DNA of 64,000 bases from Fidelibacterota bacterium (lineage in GTDB: Bacteria; Fidelibacterota; Marinisomatia; Marinisomatales; UBA1611): contig PAPB01000024.1 of the NCBI GenBank assembly GCA_002708715.1, positions 33,320-97,319 on the forward strand. The letters are read 5' to 3'. The notes under the pieces are model-generated. The model worked only from the letters and a program-made list of their open reading frames with translations. It did no database searches and was not told where the DNA came from. Position numbers and translations under genes: made by a program. This document shows, one piece after another, positions 37,583-47,185 of the stretch. Positions within the stretch are counted from its first letter, which is position 1; every line of letters starts with the position of its first letter.

Positions 37583-38557
37583 ATGTCACCTAGACGCATA
37601 ATGGTTGGGGATCAAGAAGTTCAGATCCCTGATTTTAATTTTAAATTAACACCAATCATAATTGGCCTTTTTGTTCTTTGGCTTGCAACAGGTGTTTATA
37701 TTGTTGGTCCTGATGAGGTTGGGGTTGTTCGTACATTTGGAAAATTTACGCGTGTTGTTCAATCAGGGTTAAATTGGAAATTTCCAGCTCCTATAGAGGT
37801 TGTTAATACTCCAAAAGTAACAGAAGTAAAACGCATTGAAATAGGTTTCCGTACACTAAAAAATGGACAGTATCGAACAGTAGAAAAAGAAAGTTTAATG
37901 CTTACTGGGGATGAAAATATAGTAGATGCTGAAATGATTGTACAATATAAAATCAAAGATCCAGTTTCATATTTATTTAAAATTGTTGGACCTGAGTTAA
38001 CAGTTCGTGAAGCAGCGGAAGCAAGTTTAAGAACGGTTGTGGGTAGAAATAAAATTGATGAAACATTGACTACAGGAAAATTCACTATTCAAGAAGAAAC
38101 AAAAACCCAATTACAATTAATCTTAGATATTTATAATTCTGGGATACATGTTGTCGCTGTGCAGTTGCAAGATGTTTCTCCTCCAAAAGAAGTGATTGGT
38201 GCTTTTAAAGATGTCGCTTCTGCTAAAGAAGATAAAAATAGAATGATAAATCAAGCTGAAGGATATCGTAATGATGTAATACCAAAAGCACGTGGTGAAG
38301 CTGAAGCAATGATTCGTGATGCGGAAGGATTTAAAGAATCTAGAATAAAGAGATCGGAAGGTGATGCGGCCAAGTTCACGACAATTCTAAAAGAATATAG
38401 AAAAGCAAAAAATATAACAGAAAAAAGACTGTATTTAGAGACAATGGAAAAAGTACTTCCAGATATTGAAAAAATTATTGTCCCAGATAAGAATAGTGGA
38501 AATATGTTAAATCTATTGAATCTTAACACAGGTAAAGATAAGGGAGGGAAAAAATAA
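37583..38557 (+). CDS. hflK: FtsH protease modulator HflK (SPFH/band-7)
   Basis: N-terminal TM and an SPFH domain (VGPDEVGVVRTFGKF...). It is followed by its hflC partner. An AAGGAG Shine-Dalgarno sequence lies upstream. Confidence 0.88.
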   Translation: MSPRRIMVGDQEVQIPDFNFKLTPIIIGLFVLWLATGVYIVGPDEVGVVRTFGKFTRVVQSGLNWKFPAPIEVVNTPKVTEVKRIEIGFRTLKNGQYRTVEKESLMLTGDENIVDAEMIVQYKIKDPVSYLFKIVGPELTVREAAEASLRTVVGRNKIDETLTTGKFTIQEETKTQLQLILDIYNSGIHVVAVQLQDVSPPKEVIGAFKDVASAKEDKNRMINQAEGYRNDVIPKARGEAEAMIRDAEGFKESRIKRSEGDAAKFTTILKEYRKAKNITEKRLYLETMEKVLPDIEKIIVPDKNSGNMLNLLNLNTGKDKGGKK

Positions 38558-39402
38558 TGAAAAATTTATCTATAGGATTATTATTTATTTTAATATTTTT
38601 TGGTCTTTCAACTATTATTATTGTTGATGAAACTGAGCAGATAGTGATTCTTCAATTTGGAAAACCAATCAAGACATTGAAAGAACCAGGGCTTAATTGG
38701 AAACTTCCAGCACCTTTACAAACAGCAAACTCATTTGAGAAAAGATTATTAGAGTACGATGTTCCGCCTGAGGAGATTCTTAGTAGGGATAAAAAATCTT
38801 TAATTATTGATAATTATGTCCGTTGGAAGATTGTAGATCCTTTACTTTTTCTTCAAACAGTTGCGGCTGTACCTACGGCAAAAACTAGATTAGATGATAT
38901 CGTATATTCAGAACTTAGGCAGGAATTAGGTACTCATGATATGGTTGAAATTATTACTGAGAATCGAGAGCTTATAATGGATAAAGTAACAAAAGCTAGT
39001 AATGAAGAAACCAGTAAATATGGAATTGAAGTAATTGATGTTCGTATAAGAAGAGTTGATTTGCCTAAAGAGAATGAAGCGTCAATTTATGCTAGGATGG
39101 AAGCAGAGCGGAAAAGACAGGCAAATAAATTTAGATCTGAAGGTGAAGAAGAAGCACAAAAAATTAGGGCTGCTACAGATCGTGATAAAACTGTAATTCT
39201 TGCTGATGCATATAAAACTTCCCAGAAAATTCGTGGCGAAGGAGAGGCGAAAGCTCTTGATGTTTACGCAACTTCTTTTTCAAAAGATCCTAAATTTTAT
39301 GAATTTATAAGGACGCTAGAAACATTTGAGAAAGTTATAGATGATAAGACTACGCTTGTTCTGCCAGGTGATTCAAAATTATTTAAAGAATTAATTCAAT
39401 AG
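38557..39402 (+). CDS. hflC: FtsH protease modulator HflC (SPFH/band-7)
   Basis: N-terminal TM and an SPFH domain (VDETEQIVILQFGKP...). 1-nt overlap with the hflK stop. Confidence 0.88.
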   Translation: MKNLSIGLLFILIFFGLSTIIIVDETEQIVILQFGKPIKTLKEPGLNWKLPAPLQTANSFEKRLLEYDVPPEEILSRDKKSLIIDNYVRWKIVDPLLFLQTVAAVPTAKTRLDDIVYSELRQELGTHDMVEIITENRELIMDKVTKASNEETSKYGIEVIDVRIRRVDLPKENEASIYARMEAERKRQANKFRSEGEEEAQKIRAATDRDKTVILADAYKTSQKIRGEGEAKALDVYATSFSKDPKFYEFIRTLETFEKVIDDKTTLVLPGDSKLFKELIQ

Positions 39403-39407
39403 GGTTT

Positions 39408-39947
39408 ATGAAAAAAATAAAATCAACAACTATAGTTGGAGTGCGTCTAAAAGGTAAAGTAGCAATGGCGGGAGATGGTCAGGTAACCTTTGGCGATATG
39501 TCTTTTAAACAAAAGGCTGTAAAAGTCCGTGAATTTAATCATCAGCAAAACAAGGTTTTGGGAGGGTTTGCTGGTGCTGCAGCTGATGCACTTACGTTGT
39601 TTGAAAAATTTGAGCAAAAGTTAGAACAATTTGAAGGTGATTTAAAAAGAGCTACTGTTGAATTAGCAAAAGATTGGAGATTGGATAAAATGTTAAGGCA
39701 TCTTGATGCTATGCTTGTTGTAATGGATAAAAGATATAGTTTTATTATTTCTGGTGATGGAAATGTTATTGAACCAGATGGTCCTATTGTATCAATTGGA
39801 TCAGGAGGAGGCTATGCACACGCAGCGGCGACTGCATTTTTAAAATCAGCTCAATATTCAGCTAAAAAGACTGCACAAGAATCATTAAAAATTGCTTCAA
39901 ACCTTTGTATTTATACTAATGATTCAATATCTGTAATAGAAATTTGA
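39408..39947 (+). CDS. hslV: ATP-dependent protease subunit HslV
   Basis: TTIVGVR...GDGQVT...GFAGAAADA...GSGG motifs. Six residues (MKKIKS) precede the Thr-Thr. Confidence 0.9.
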   Translation: MKKIKSTTIVGVRLKGKVAMAGDGQVTFGDMSFKQKAVKVREFNHQQNKVLGGFAGAAADALTLFEKFEQKLEQFEGDLKRATVELAKDWRLDKMLRHLDAMLVVMDKRYSFIISGDGNVIEPDGPIVSIGSGGGYAHAAATAFLKSAQYSAKKTAQESLKIASNLCIYTNDSISVIEI

Positions 39948-41287
39948 TGAAACAAAGTACACCTAAACAAATTGTAAAAGAATTAGATCGCTATATTATT
40001 GGGCAAAAAAATGCAAAAAAAGCAGTTGCTATAGCTCTAAGAAATCGATGGAGAAGACAGCAAGTCGAGGGAAAGCTTCGAGAAGAAATAATGCCCAATA
40101 ATATTATTATGATTGGATCAACTGGAGTAGGTAAGACTGAGATAGCTCGTAGGCTAGCTGCACTTGCCAATGCTCCATTTATAAAAGTAGAAGCAAGTAA
40201 GTTTACAGAGGTCGGGTATGTGGGTAGAGATGTTGAATCCATTGTTAGAGATTTAATGGATACTGCTGTATCCATGGTAGCAAGAGAAAAGGAAGAAGAA
40301 GTCGCTGAAATTGCTGAACATTTAGCGAATGAAAGAATAATAGATATTTTATTTCCAGATGGGCCAAAGGGAGACTCTAAACAATCAGAAGAAGCAAAAA
40401 AACGTTATGAAAGAACAAGAGAAAGAATTAGAAAAAAATTAAAAAAAGGTGAATTTGAAGAAAAGATTATTGAACTAGAATTAGCAGATGAACCTGCAAT
40501 AGGTATGCAAGTTTTTGGTCCTATGGGAATGGAAGATATAGGAATGAATATTAAAGATATGCTTTCAGGTGCACTTCCTAAAACAAAACGAACTAAGAAA
40601 ATGTCAGTTATTGAAGCAAGAGAGGTATTGATAGAGAATGAATCTTCAAAATTAATTGATCAGGATGAAGTATACCGACAGGCGAGAGATAGAACAGAGA
40701 ATAATGGTATAGTTTTTTTAGATGAAATAGATAAAGTCGTTGGAAGTAATGGAGGCTCAGGGCCTGATGTTAGTAGAGAGGGAGTGCAACGAGATTTATT
40801 ACCAATTGTAGAAGGAAGCAATGTAAATACAAAATATGGTGTAGTATCAACAGACCATATTTTATTTATTGCTGCAGGGGCTTTTCATGTAAGTGCTCCA
40901 TCAGATATGATTCCTGAATTACAAGGTCGTTTTCCAATTAGAGTAGAATTAGATAAACTTTCAACAGAGGATTTTGTAAAAATACTTACTCATCCTAGAT
41001 CAGCATTAATAAAACAATATACTGCATTACTTAGTTCTGAAAATGTAGAGCTAGAATTCAATGATGCTGCTATCAGATCAGTTGCAGAATTAGCATCAAA
41101 TGTAAATAATAAAATGGAAAATATTGGAGCAAGAAGATTACATACTATTATGTCAACGCTACTTGAGAAACCTTTATTTGAGCATCCAAAGAGAGGACAG
41201 AAAAAAATAAAAATAACAGCAAAAATTGTGAAAGAGTCATTAGATGGAATTTTGGAAGATCCAGACTTGAGTCGCTATATACTATGA
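39944..41287 (+). CDS. hslU: ATP-dependent protease ATPase subunit HslU
   Basis: PKQIVKELDRYIIGQ, Walker A GSTGVGKTEIARRLA, IVFLDEIDK, PELQGRFPIRVEL. Confidence 0.95.
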   Translation: MMKQSTPKQIVKELDRYIIGQKNAKKAVAIALRNRWRRQQVEGKLREEIMPNNIIMIGSTGVGKTEIARRLAALANAPFIKVEASKFTEVGYVGRDVESIVRDLMDTAVSMVAREKEEEVAEIAEHLANERIIDILFPDGPKGDSKQSEEAKKRYERTRERIRKKLKKGEFEEKIIELELADEPAIGMQVFGPMGMEDIGMNIKDMLSGALPKTKRTKKMSVIEAREVLIENESSKLIDQDEVYRQARDRTENNGIVFLDEIDKVVGSNGGSGPDVSREGVQRDLLPIVEGSNVNTKYGVVSTDHILFIAAGAFHVSAPSDMIPELQGRFPIRVELDKLSTEDFVKILTHPRSALIKQYTALLSSENVELEFNDAAIRSVAELASNVNNKMENIGARRLHTIMSTLLEKPLFEHPKRGQKKIKITAKIVKESLDGILEDPDLSRYIL

Positions 41288-41297
41288 GGAAATTATA

Positions 41298-42209
41298 TTG
41301 AGACATTTTTTACACCTTACAGATTATTCAAATCATGAATTATGGGAATTGTTACATTTAGCAAAAGAATTAAAAATAAAATTTCATAATAAAGAAGATT
41401 TTAAACCTTTTAAAGATCGTTCTCTTGCAATGATTTTTGCCAAACCATCTGCTCGAACAAGAGTATCATTTGAAACTGGTTTTGAATGGATGGGGGGTCA
41501 TGCTCTTTTTCTTGGTCCAAAGGATATTGGAATTGGAAAGCGTGAAGCTATTAAGGATATATCCCGTTTATTTAGTCGTTATAATGATATGATTATGGCT
41601 AGGCTTTTTGATCATGCACATATTTTAGAATTAGCAGAGTATTCTGGTATTCCTGTCATTAATGGATTAACTGATTATAATCATCCATGTCAAATATTGG
41701 CGGATATAATGACAGTTTGGGAACGAAGGGGGAATTTAGATAATCTAAAAGTTACATATATGGGTGATGGTAATAATATTGTTCATTCATGGTTACAATT
41801 AGCTTGCAGATTACCTATGCATTTTGTTTGTTGTAATCCTTCTGGATTTGACCCTGATGATAAAACTGTTCAGATGGTAAATGATTCTAAGATATCAACA
41901 TATGAATCCTCTAATGACCCTGTATCAGCTGTTATTGGAGCTGATGTAATTTATACCGATGTTTGGGCGTCTATGGGACAAAAAGAAGAGACCGAAGAGC
42001 GAACTAAAATTTTTGCTGATTATCAAGTTAATATGGAATTACTTGAGAAATCAGGTAAAGAGACATTTTTTATGCATTGTCTTCCAGCTGAAAGGGGAAG
42101 AGAAGTAACGGATGAAGTAATGGAATCAAAAAACTCAATAGTTTTTGATGAAGCTGAGAATCGAATGCACGCACAAAATGCTATTATGGTTTATTTACAT
42201 GAAAATTAA
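41298..42209 (+). CDS. argF: ornithine carbamoyltransferase
   Basis: SARTRVSFE (STRTR-type carbamoyl-phosphate motif), HPCQILAD, DVWASMG (ornithine-binding DxxxSMG) and HCLPA. Uses a TTG start. Confidence 0.85.
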   Translation: MRHFLHLTDYSNHELWELLHLAKELKIKFHNKEDFKPFKDRSLAMIFAKPSARTRVSFETGFEWMGGHALFLGPKDIGIGKREAIKDISRLFSRYNDMIMARLFDHAHILELAEYSGIPVINGLTDYNHPCQILADIMTVWERRGNLDNLKVTYMGDGNNIVHSWLQLACRLPMHFVCCNPSGFDPDDKTVQMVNDSKISTYESSNDPVSAVIGADVIYTDVWASMGQKEETEERTKIFADYQVNMELLEKSGKETFFMHCLPAERGREVTDEVMESKNSIVFDEAENRMHAQNAIMVYLHEN

Positions 42210-42211
42210 TT

Positions 42212-42958
42212 TTAATCCAATTTTTTCTTTTTAAAAATTCTATCTGGAATATTTTTATTTATTTTATAATCTAAATAACTAACCGTAATCGATCCTTTTA
42301 TTACGTCATTGTTAGCACCTAACTCTTTAGTATTCATGAGAGTTTTTACATCTTTTTTTAACCATCCAGCTAACCGAGCATCTTTAATGAAATATTCTAC
42401 TTTTGATTTTTGAGGCAAATAAAATGCTCCCTCGTATAAATTGTAATTATTTGTTATCTCAAATAATTTTACTGTATCAATCCGACTAGTTACTGTTTTA
42501 ATTACCCATCTATTTGTATCAATAACAACATCAACTAAAGGATCAAAGGTTAGCTTAGCATATTCGCTTGGAAATTGAGCTTTAAGACTATCTGGAATTA
42601 AGGTTCCAGTGATCATCAGACAATGCCCTTCTCTATCAAGAAATTTATTATTTATTTCAAGGTCTTTTAAATTGTCAAAATTATCTTTAGGCGAAGTAAA
42701 AATACCCGTATTGGGAAGTATCCCAAATCCTTTAGTGTCTGCTTTAAAATTATTAGGGTATTTATAGTATACTTTATAAGATTTTTTAGGCATTCTTAGA
42801 CCAGGTACATTAAGCTTAACACTCATTTTTGCTTGAAAATCTCTGACTTTTTCATATTGATTATTCGTTTTATTTATTAATCGTATAATTACTTTATCAT
42901 CAGCTTTCAATCCTAAAAATAAAAAACTAATTATAAGGGTTATTACAACATTTTTCAT
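42212..42958 (-). CDS. secreted LolA-like/outer-membrane lipoprotein-sorting-like protein (tentative)
   Basis: The ATG at 42958 gives a signal peptide (MKNVVITLIISFLFLGLKA) and a TAATG overlap with the upstream permease stop. About 248 aa, beta-rich, and last in an ABC operon. The fold assignment is inferred, not shown. Confidence 0.4.
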   Translation of the reverse strand: MKNVVITLIISFLFLGLKADDKVIIRLINKTNNQYEKVRDFQAKMSVKLNVPGLRMPKKSYKVYYKYPNNFKADTKGFGILPNTGIFTSPKDNFDNLKDLEINNKFLDREGHCLMITGTLIPDSLKAQFPSEYAKLTFDPLVDVVIDTNRWVIKTVTSRIDTVKLFEITNNYNLYEGAFYLPQKSKVEYFIKDARLAGWLKKDVKTLMNTKELGANNDVIKGSITVSYLDYKINKNIPDRIFKKKKLD

Positions 42959-43797
42959 TAGTCTGTTATATCCTTTTTGATAAAATGGTTGAACGCCAGT
43001 CCTAAAAAAATTACAGTCCAAATAAAACATACAGCTATTAATCTTATAATTGTATCAAAAGGTATGGGATCATGGAAAGCACTTAAATATGAATTTATGT
43101 AACCTGTAAAAAGATATGGGTTTAGTATTTCAAAAAATTCAATTGGGATAATTGAAATTGCTGTACCGACAAAAACTGTACTAATAGTAATTATGATGGG
43201 TGTAACGCTGTTTTTTGAAATAGTAGATATAAAAAAACATAAAGAGGAGACCGTTAACATGACTACTGTTGACGTAAGGAAAGCAATAAAAAATCGAATT
43301 AATGCATCATCTTCTGATAAAAATAATAAACCCATATGAAAAACGGCGAGTTCTCCAGTTCCAAGCCAAATAATACTTATTAAAAGAGCATAGCTGATAA
43401 AGAAACCCATCAATATAATAGTGTATCCATAAACAATTATTAGCTTACTCAGGAGTATCTTTGACCTTGGAATAGGACGAGAAAGGTATAATCTAAAAGT
43501 TCCTTTAGAGTATTCTCCCGATACGATATCAGCAGCAACGATTGTTGATAAAAAAGGCATATGAGTAATTAATACTGCTATGATTATGTACGTTGCTAGG
43601 TAACCATTTATTAAAGATCCTACAAAAAAAAAGGAATCAGATAATTGCCCATAGATGGTTTTTTCTAACATATTCCCACCATTATCAATTGCTCCAACAA
43701 TGAACGGAATTAAAATTCCGATCAAAATAAACCCAATATACGTACGTTTTCGATAGATTATTTTTTGAAATTCATTGTATACTAAAAATTTAATCAT
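42958..43797 (-). CDS. ABC-2 type transporter permease
   Basis: 279 aa with about 6 TM segments and no large periplasmic domain. ATGA overlap with the ATPase gene upstream. Confidence 0.7.
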   Translation of the reverse strand: MIKFLVYNEFQKIIYRKRTYIGFILIGILIPFIVGAIDNGGNMLEKTIYGQLSDSFFFVGSLINGYLATYIIIAVLITHMPFLSTIVAADIVSGEYSKGTFRLYLSRPIPRSKILLSKLIIVYGYTIILMGFFISYALLISIIWLGTGELAVFHMGLLFLSEDDALIRFFIAFLTSTVVMLTVSSLCFFISTISKNSVTPIIITISTVFVGTAISIIPIEFFEILNPYLFTGYINSYLSAFHDPIPFDTIIRLIAVCFIWTVIFLGLAFNHFIKKDITD

Positions 43798-44672
43798 TTG
43801 AAAAGATCAGTAAGGTTTGGTTCTTTTGCAATAGAGCGAACGGAAATTTTCTTTGGGAGCAATTGACTTATGGAGTGAATATCTAGATTGGTTTTAATAA
43901 CAAGCTTTTCGTGTTCCAAAGATATTAGTTTACAAGTATTTGATTGGGTAAGATATTTTTCAATTAATCGAGCATCCTTACCTTTAATTACAATTACGCG
44001 GCTCTTATCTAAAAGGTCTTCCATAGAAATATTAAGGATAAGTTTACCTTCCTTTAATATTATAATATCTGAACATAATTCTTCTACATCGTTTAGAATA
44101 TGGGTACTAACACAAATAGTCTTCCCTTTTTTATGTAATCCTAAAATAGTTTTATTCATTTCTTTAATACCCAAAGGATCAAGCCCATTGTTTGGTTCAT
44201 CAAGAAAAAGTATGTCGGGATCATGGAGAATTGCTTGAGCAATTCCAAGTCTTTGTTTCATACCATAAGAATAGTCTCCTACTTTCCTGTGGGCATCTTC
44301 GATGAGGTTAACATCGGCTAAGACTTTATCTATTGAATTCGGACTACAGTTAGATATTCTAGCTAATAAAGATAAATTTTGATGTGCAGATAAATATTCA
44401 TAAAATGTTGGATTCTCAATCAAAAAGCCACATTGTTGTAAAAAATATTTTTGATTTAAAGTTACATTTTTATTTTTGAAAAAAATTTCTCCTTTCCAAT
44501 TTATTATTAAGCCAGAAAGAATACGCATCAAAGTTGATTTTCCACTACCGTTTGGGCCTAACAATCCAAAAATAGAGTTTTCAGGTATGGAAAAAGACAC
44601 ATTATCTAACGCTCTTGTTTTTCCAAAAGTTTTGATAACATGGTTTAATTTAATTAAATCATTATTTTTCAT
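43794..44672 (-). CDS. ABC transporter ATP-binding protein (ABC-2/DrrA-like)
   Basis: GPNGSGKST, YSYGMKQRLGIAQA, ILFLDEPNNGLDP, STHIL, plus a C-terminal accessory domain. Confidence 0.88.
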   Translation of the reverse strand: MKNNDLIKLNHVIKTFGKTRALDNVSFSIPENSIFGLLGPNGSGKSTLMRILSGLIINWKGEIFFKNKNVTLNQKYFLQQCGFLIENPTFYEYLSAHQNLSLLARISNCSPNSIDKVLADVNLIEDAHRKVGDYSYGMKQRLGIAQAILHDPDILFLDEPNNGLDPLGIKEMNKTILGLHKKGKTICVSTHILNDVEELCSDIIILKEGKLILNISMEDLLDKSRVIVIKGKDARLIEKYLTQSNTCKLISLEHEKLVIKTNLDIHSISQLLPKKISVRSIAKEPNLTDLFK

Positions 44673-45799
44673 TTAAGATCCATAATTTCAAGTACTCCAT
44701 TCCCCTGGTAAGTAGTGTCATTTATGGAAATATTTAAATCACTAGCAAATCGGGTGTAGTGAGGGTCAATAGAAGAAAATCTGGAACCTAGTTTTATTAT
44801 AGGTAAAACCCAGCTTAAATATGAAGGTAATGGAGCTCTTTTAAACATGTCTGCATTATCAATAATATTCTTCCCTTCTATCGTCAATTTTTCTCCATCA
44901 ATAGTAATCATATCAAGCTTAGAGAAAAGAGGTTCATTTTTTTTATTATATACATTTTCAATTCTGTTTGAATATCTTGTAAATAATCCATCAACACCAA
45001 ATCTATTCACTATTACTTTGTCTTCATTTGCCATATAGAGAATAGGAATGCTATATCCTCCTCGCTTTTCAGCAGTATTTAATTCAGCAGCTATGACCGT
45101 ATAGCCATCTGATTCTCCCCGAAACCAAACCCAATTTTCAAACATTTTTTGTAAGGGTGTATTTCCCCAATTATGATCATGGTATCCACTGCCTTGAAGA
45201 TTTAAGATTTTTTTATTTCGAAAAATTTTTGCTTTTGCTGTACCATTTGGCACAGCAGCGAGCCATGCAAAATAATCATCACCTGCTTGTATAATTCCAT
45301 CTTGGGGTCTATAGGGTTTTATATTTGAATCTAAATTAATTTGAATTCCAAATCCTTCAAAATCTTCATCAGAAAGATAAATATCATACTCTTCTAGATT
45401 CCCTTTAAAATAATTTTTCCCCATTCTAACATGACAGCTGTCTTTTGCAAAAAACACATCCTGCTCTTTAAAAAATTTCATTATGAATAACTCTTCACCA
45501 TTAGGGCTATTGTAATTCATTCCAATAAAGTAGATGTTCTTTATTGGATGAATTTTGTAAAAGTAACATACAAACAAAGATCCATCATCAAATTTTGCAT
45601 CAAAATACCACCATTCTAATTCACCATTTTTTCCAGAGGTACGTAACCCATCCTCCCATTTATCTACTATTTCTCCAAGTTCATTTGGTTGATCTAGGGT
45701 AAAGTTAGATTGTGAATAGGAGCCAGTATACATTCTCATACAGGAAGAGTTAATAAATATTATAATAAATAAGTAAAATATTTTTATGAAGCAATCCAT
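44669..45799 (-). CDS. AttH/CrtC-like (hydroxyneurosporene synthase-like, lipocalin-like) lipoprotein
   Basis: Lipobox FINSSC. ELEWWYFDAKFDDGS matches the EWWY signature of the CrtC/AttH family. It is encoded immediately upstream of an ABC transporter, as in the att locus. Confidence 0.55.
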   Translation of the reverse strand: MDCFIKIFYLFIIIFINSSCMRMYTGSYSQSNFTLDQPNELGEIVDKWEDGLRTSGKNGELEWWYFDAKFDDGSLFVCYFYKIHPIKNIYFIGMNYNSPNGEELFIMKFFKEQDVFFAKDSCHVRMGKNYFKGNLEEYDIYLSDEDFEGFGIQINLDSNIKPYRPQDGIIQAGDDYFAWLAAVPNGTAKAKIFRNKKILNLQGSGYHDHNWGNTPLQKMFENWVWFRGESDGYTVIAAELNTAEKRGGYSIPILYMANEDKVIVNRFGVDGLFTRYSNRIENVYNKKNEPLFSKLDMITIDGEKLTIEGKNIIDNADMFKRAPLPSYLSWVLPIIKLGSRFSSIDPHYTRFASDLNISINDTTYQGNGVLEIMDLK

Positions 45800-46365
45800 A
45801 TTGATTTAGAATCTTTATCAAAAGAAAAATGTATTCTCTTATGCCCACTATGTTCAAGTTGTAACCAATCTAAATTTTGCAAGTAAATCGTTATTCTACA
45901 AAAATTTTCATATCCCTTTTTATTGCTTTGTGAGGTAATGCTTTGAGCATTGTGATTAGGTAAATTTGGTTGAAATTGATCAAGTCTTTCTCCAGGAGCA
46001 AAAGGACCCATATAGCAGAGTTTGCTTTCTGGTCTCATGAAAGACCATATTTTTTTTAGTCTATTTGAATTTTGGTCTAATTTCGCTATACCTTGCATTC
46101 TAATTTGGATTCTTCTTTTTTTATCATAGAAAAGAGCAGAAACATTTTTATTTAATTGAATTTCTTTAATTTTATTACTTCGTAAATCAGTATGGAATGA
46201 TAAAGTATTTTCATCTTTATTAAGTGCTCTTAGAACCACAGTTCTTAGCTTTGGAATTTCATTATTAATAGTTGCTATGTAGAAGCAATGGTACTCGTGT
46301 TTACCGTCCGTAATAGCTTTTTGTAGTTCTGTATATTCTGTTTCAAGAATTGTATCAAGCTTCAT
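45784..46365 (-). CDS. pyridoxamine 5'-phosphate oxidase-like FMN-binding protein
   Basis: LRTVVLRAL...LSFHTDLRSNKIKEI...QIRMQGIA matches the split-barrel PNPOx-like pattern. I chose the ATG at 46365, 4 nt downstream of the mutM stop, over the longer ORF-track start. Confidence 0.65.
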   Translation of the reverse strand: MKLDTILETEYTELQKAITDGKHEYHCFYIATINNEIPKLRTVVLRALNKDENTLSFHTDLRSNKIKEIQLNKNVSALFYDKKRRIQIRMQGIAKLDQNSNRLKKIWSFMRPESKLCYMGPFAPGERLDQFQPNLPNHNAQSITSQSNKKGYENFCRITIYLQNLDWLQLEHSGHKRIHFSFDKDSKSIWIAS

Positions 46366-46369
46366 TGTA

Positions 46370-47185
46370 TTATTTATATTTTTTTTGACATTTTGAACAA
46401 ATGTAGGTGCCTCGACCGGCAACCCGAATTTTTATTATATGATTATTGCAATTAAAACATTTTATGTCGCGTTTACCATAAACTTTGAGTTCATTCGTAT
46501 ATTTTCCTGATTTACCATTAACTGAAAAATCTATGATCGTTGTCCCATTTTGTTCAATTGCATTAGTTAAAATGATTTTGATGTTTTTATAAAGATTTTC
46601 AATTCGTTTTTTTGGTATTTTGTGTGAAAGAGAATTTGGATGAATTTTACTTTTCCAAAGACTTTCATCAGCGTAAATATTTCCAAGTCCTGCAATCATG
46701 GATTGATCTAAAAGCAAAGCTTTAATATTCCTTTTTTTTGATTTAATTAAATTGATAAGAATTTTAGATGTAAAGCTTTTTTCAAGTGGCTCAGGGCCAT
46801 GTCTTTCATCAATCGGACCTGTATTTTTATATAAATAAATTCTTCCAAATTTACGAACATCATCAAATATTAATTTTCCCCCATTTTTTAAGGTAAAATA
46901 AGCAGTTGTATATTTTGACAAAGTCTCATGGTCTCGTAATAGGTATAGTTTACCAGTCATTCTTAGATGAATGGCTATGATATTTTCTGTGAATTTTATA
47001 ATGATAAATTTTGCCCTTCGGCTTACATCAATTATTCGCCCTCTCTTTATTTTTTGCTGCGCTTTTTCACTGGTAAAATTATGAAATACTTTAGGCCAAA
47101 CTGGTGTTATAGATTCTACAGTCTTATGAATTAAAATTGGCTTTATTTGATTTACTACTGTTTGTACTTCTGGAAGTTCAGGCAT
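46370..47185 (-). CDS. mutM: formamidopyrimidine-DNA glycosylase
   Basis: The N-terminal MPELPEV carries the catalytic Pro2/Glu3. H2TH region GLGNIYADE. C-terminal zinc finger CFNC...CSKCQ. Confidence 0.93.
   Translation of the reverse strand: MPELPEVQTVVNQIKPILIHKTVESITPVWPKVFHNFTSEKAQQKIKRGRIIDVSRRAKFIIIKFTENIIAIHLRMTGKLYLLRDHETLSKYTTAYFTLKNGGKLIFDDVRKFGRIYLYKNTGPIDERHGPEPLEKSFTSKILINLIKSKKRNIKALLLDQSMIAGLGNIYADESLWKSKIHPNSLSHKIPKKRIENLYKNIKIILTNAIEQNGTTIIDFSVNGKSGKYTNELKVYGKRDIKCFNCNNHIIKIRVAGRGTYICSKCQKKYK

Noticed and set aside
41298-42209. Possibility that this carbamoyltransferase is aspartate carbamoyltransferase (pyrB) rather than argF.
   Set aside because: The presence of DVWASMG (DxxxSMG) and HCLPA motifs favours an ornithine-type enzyme. 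An N-acyl-ornithine variant cannot be excluded without alignment.
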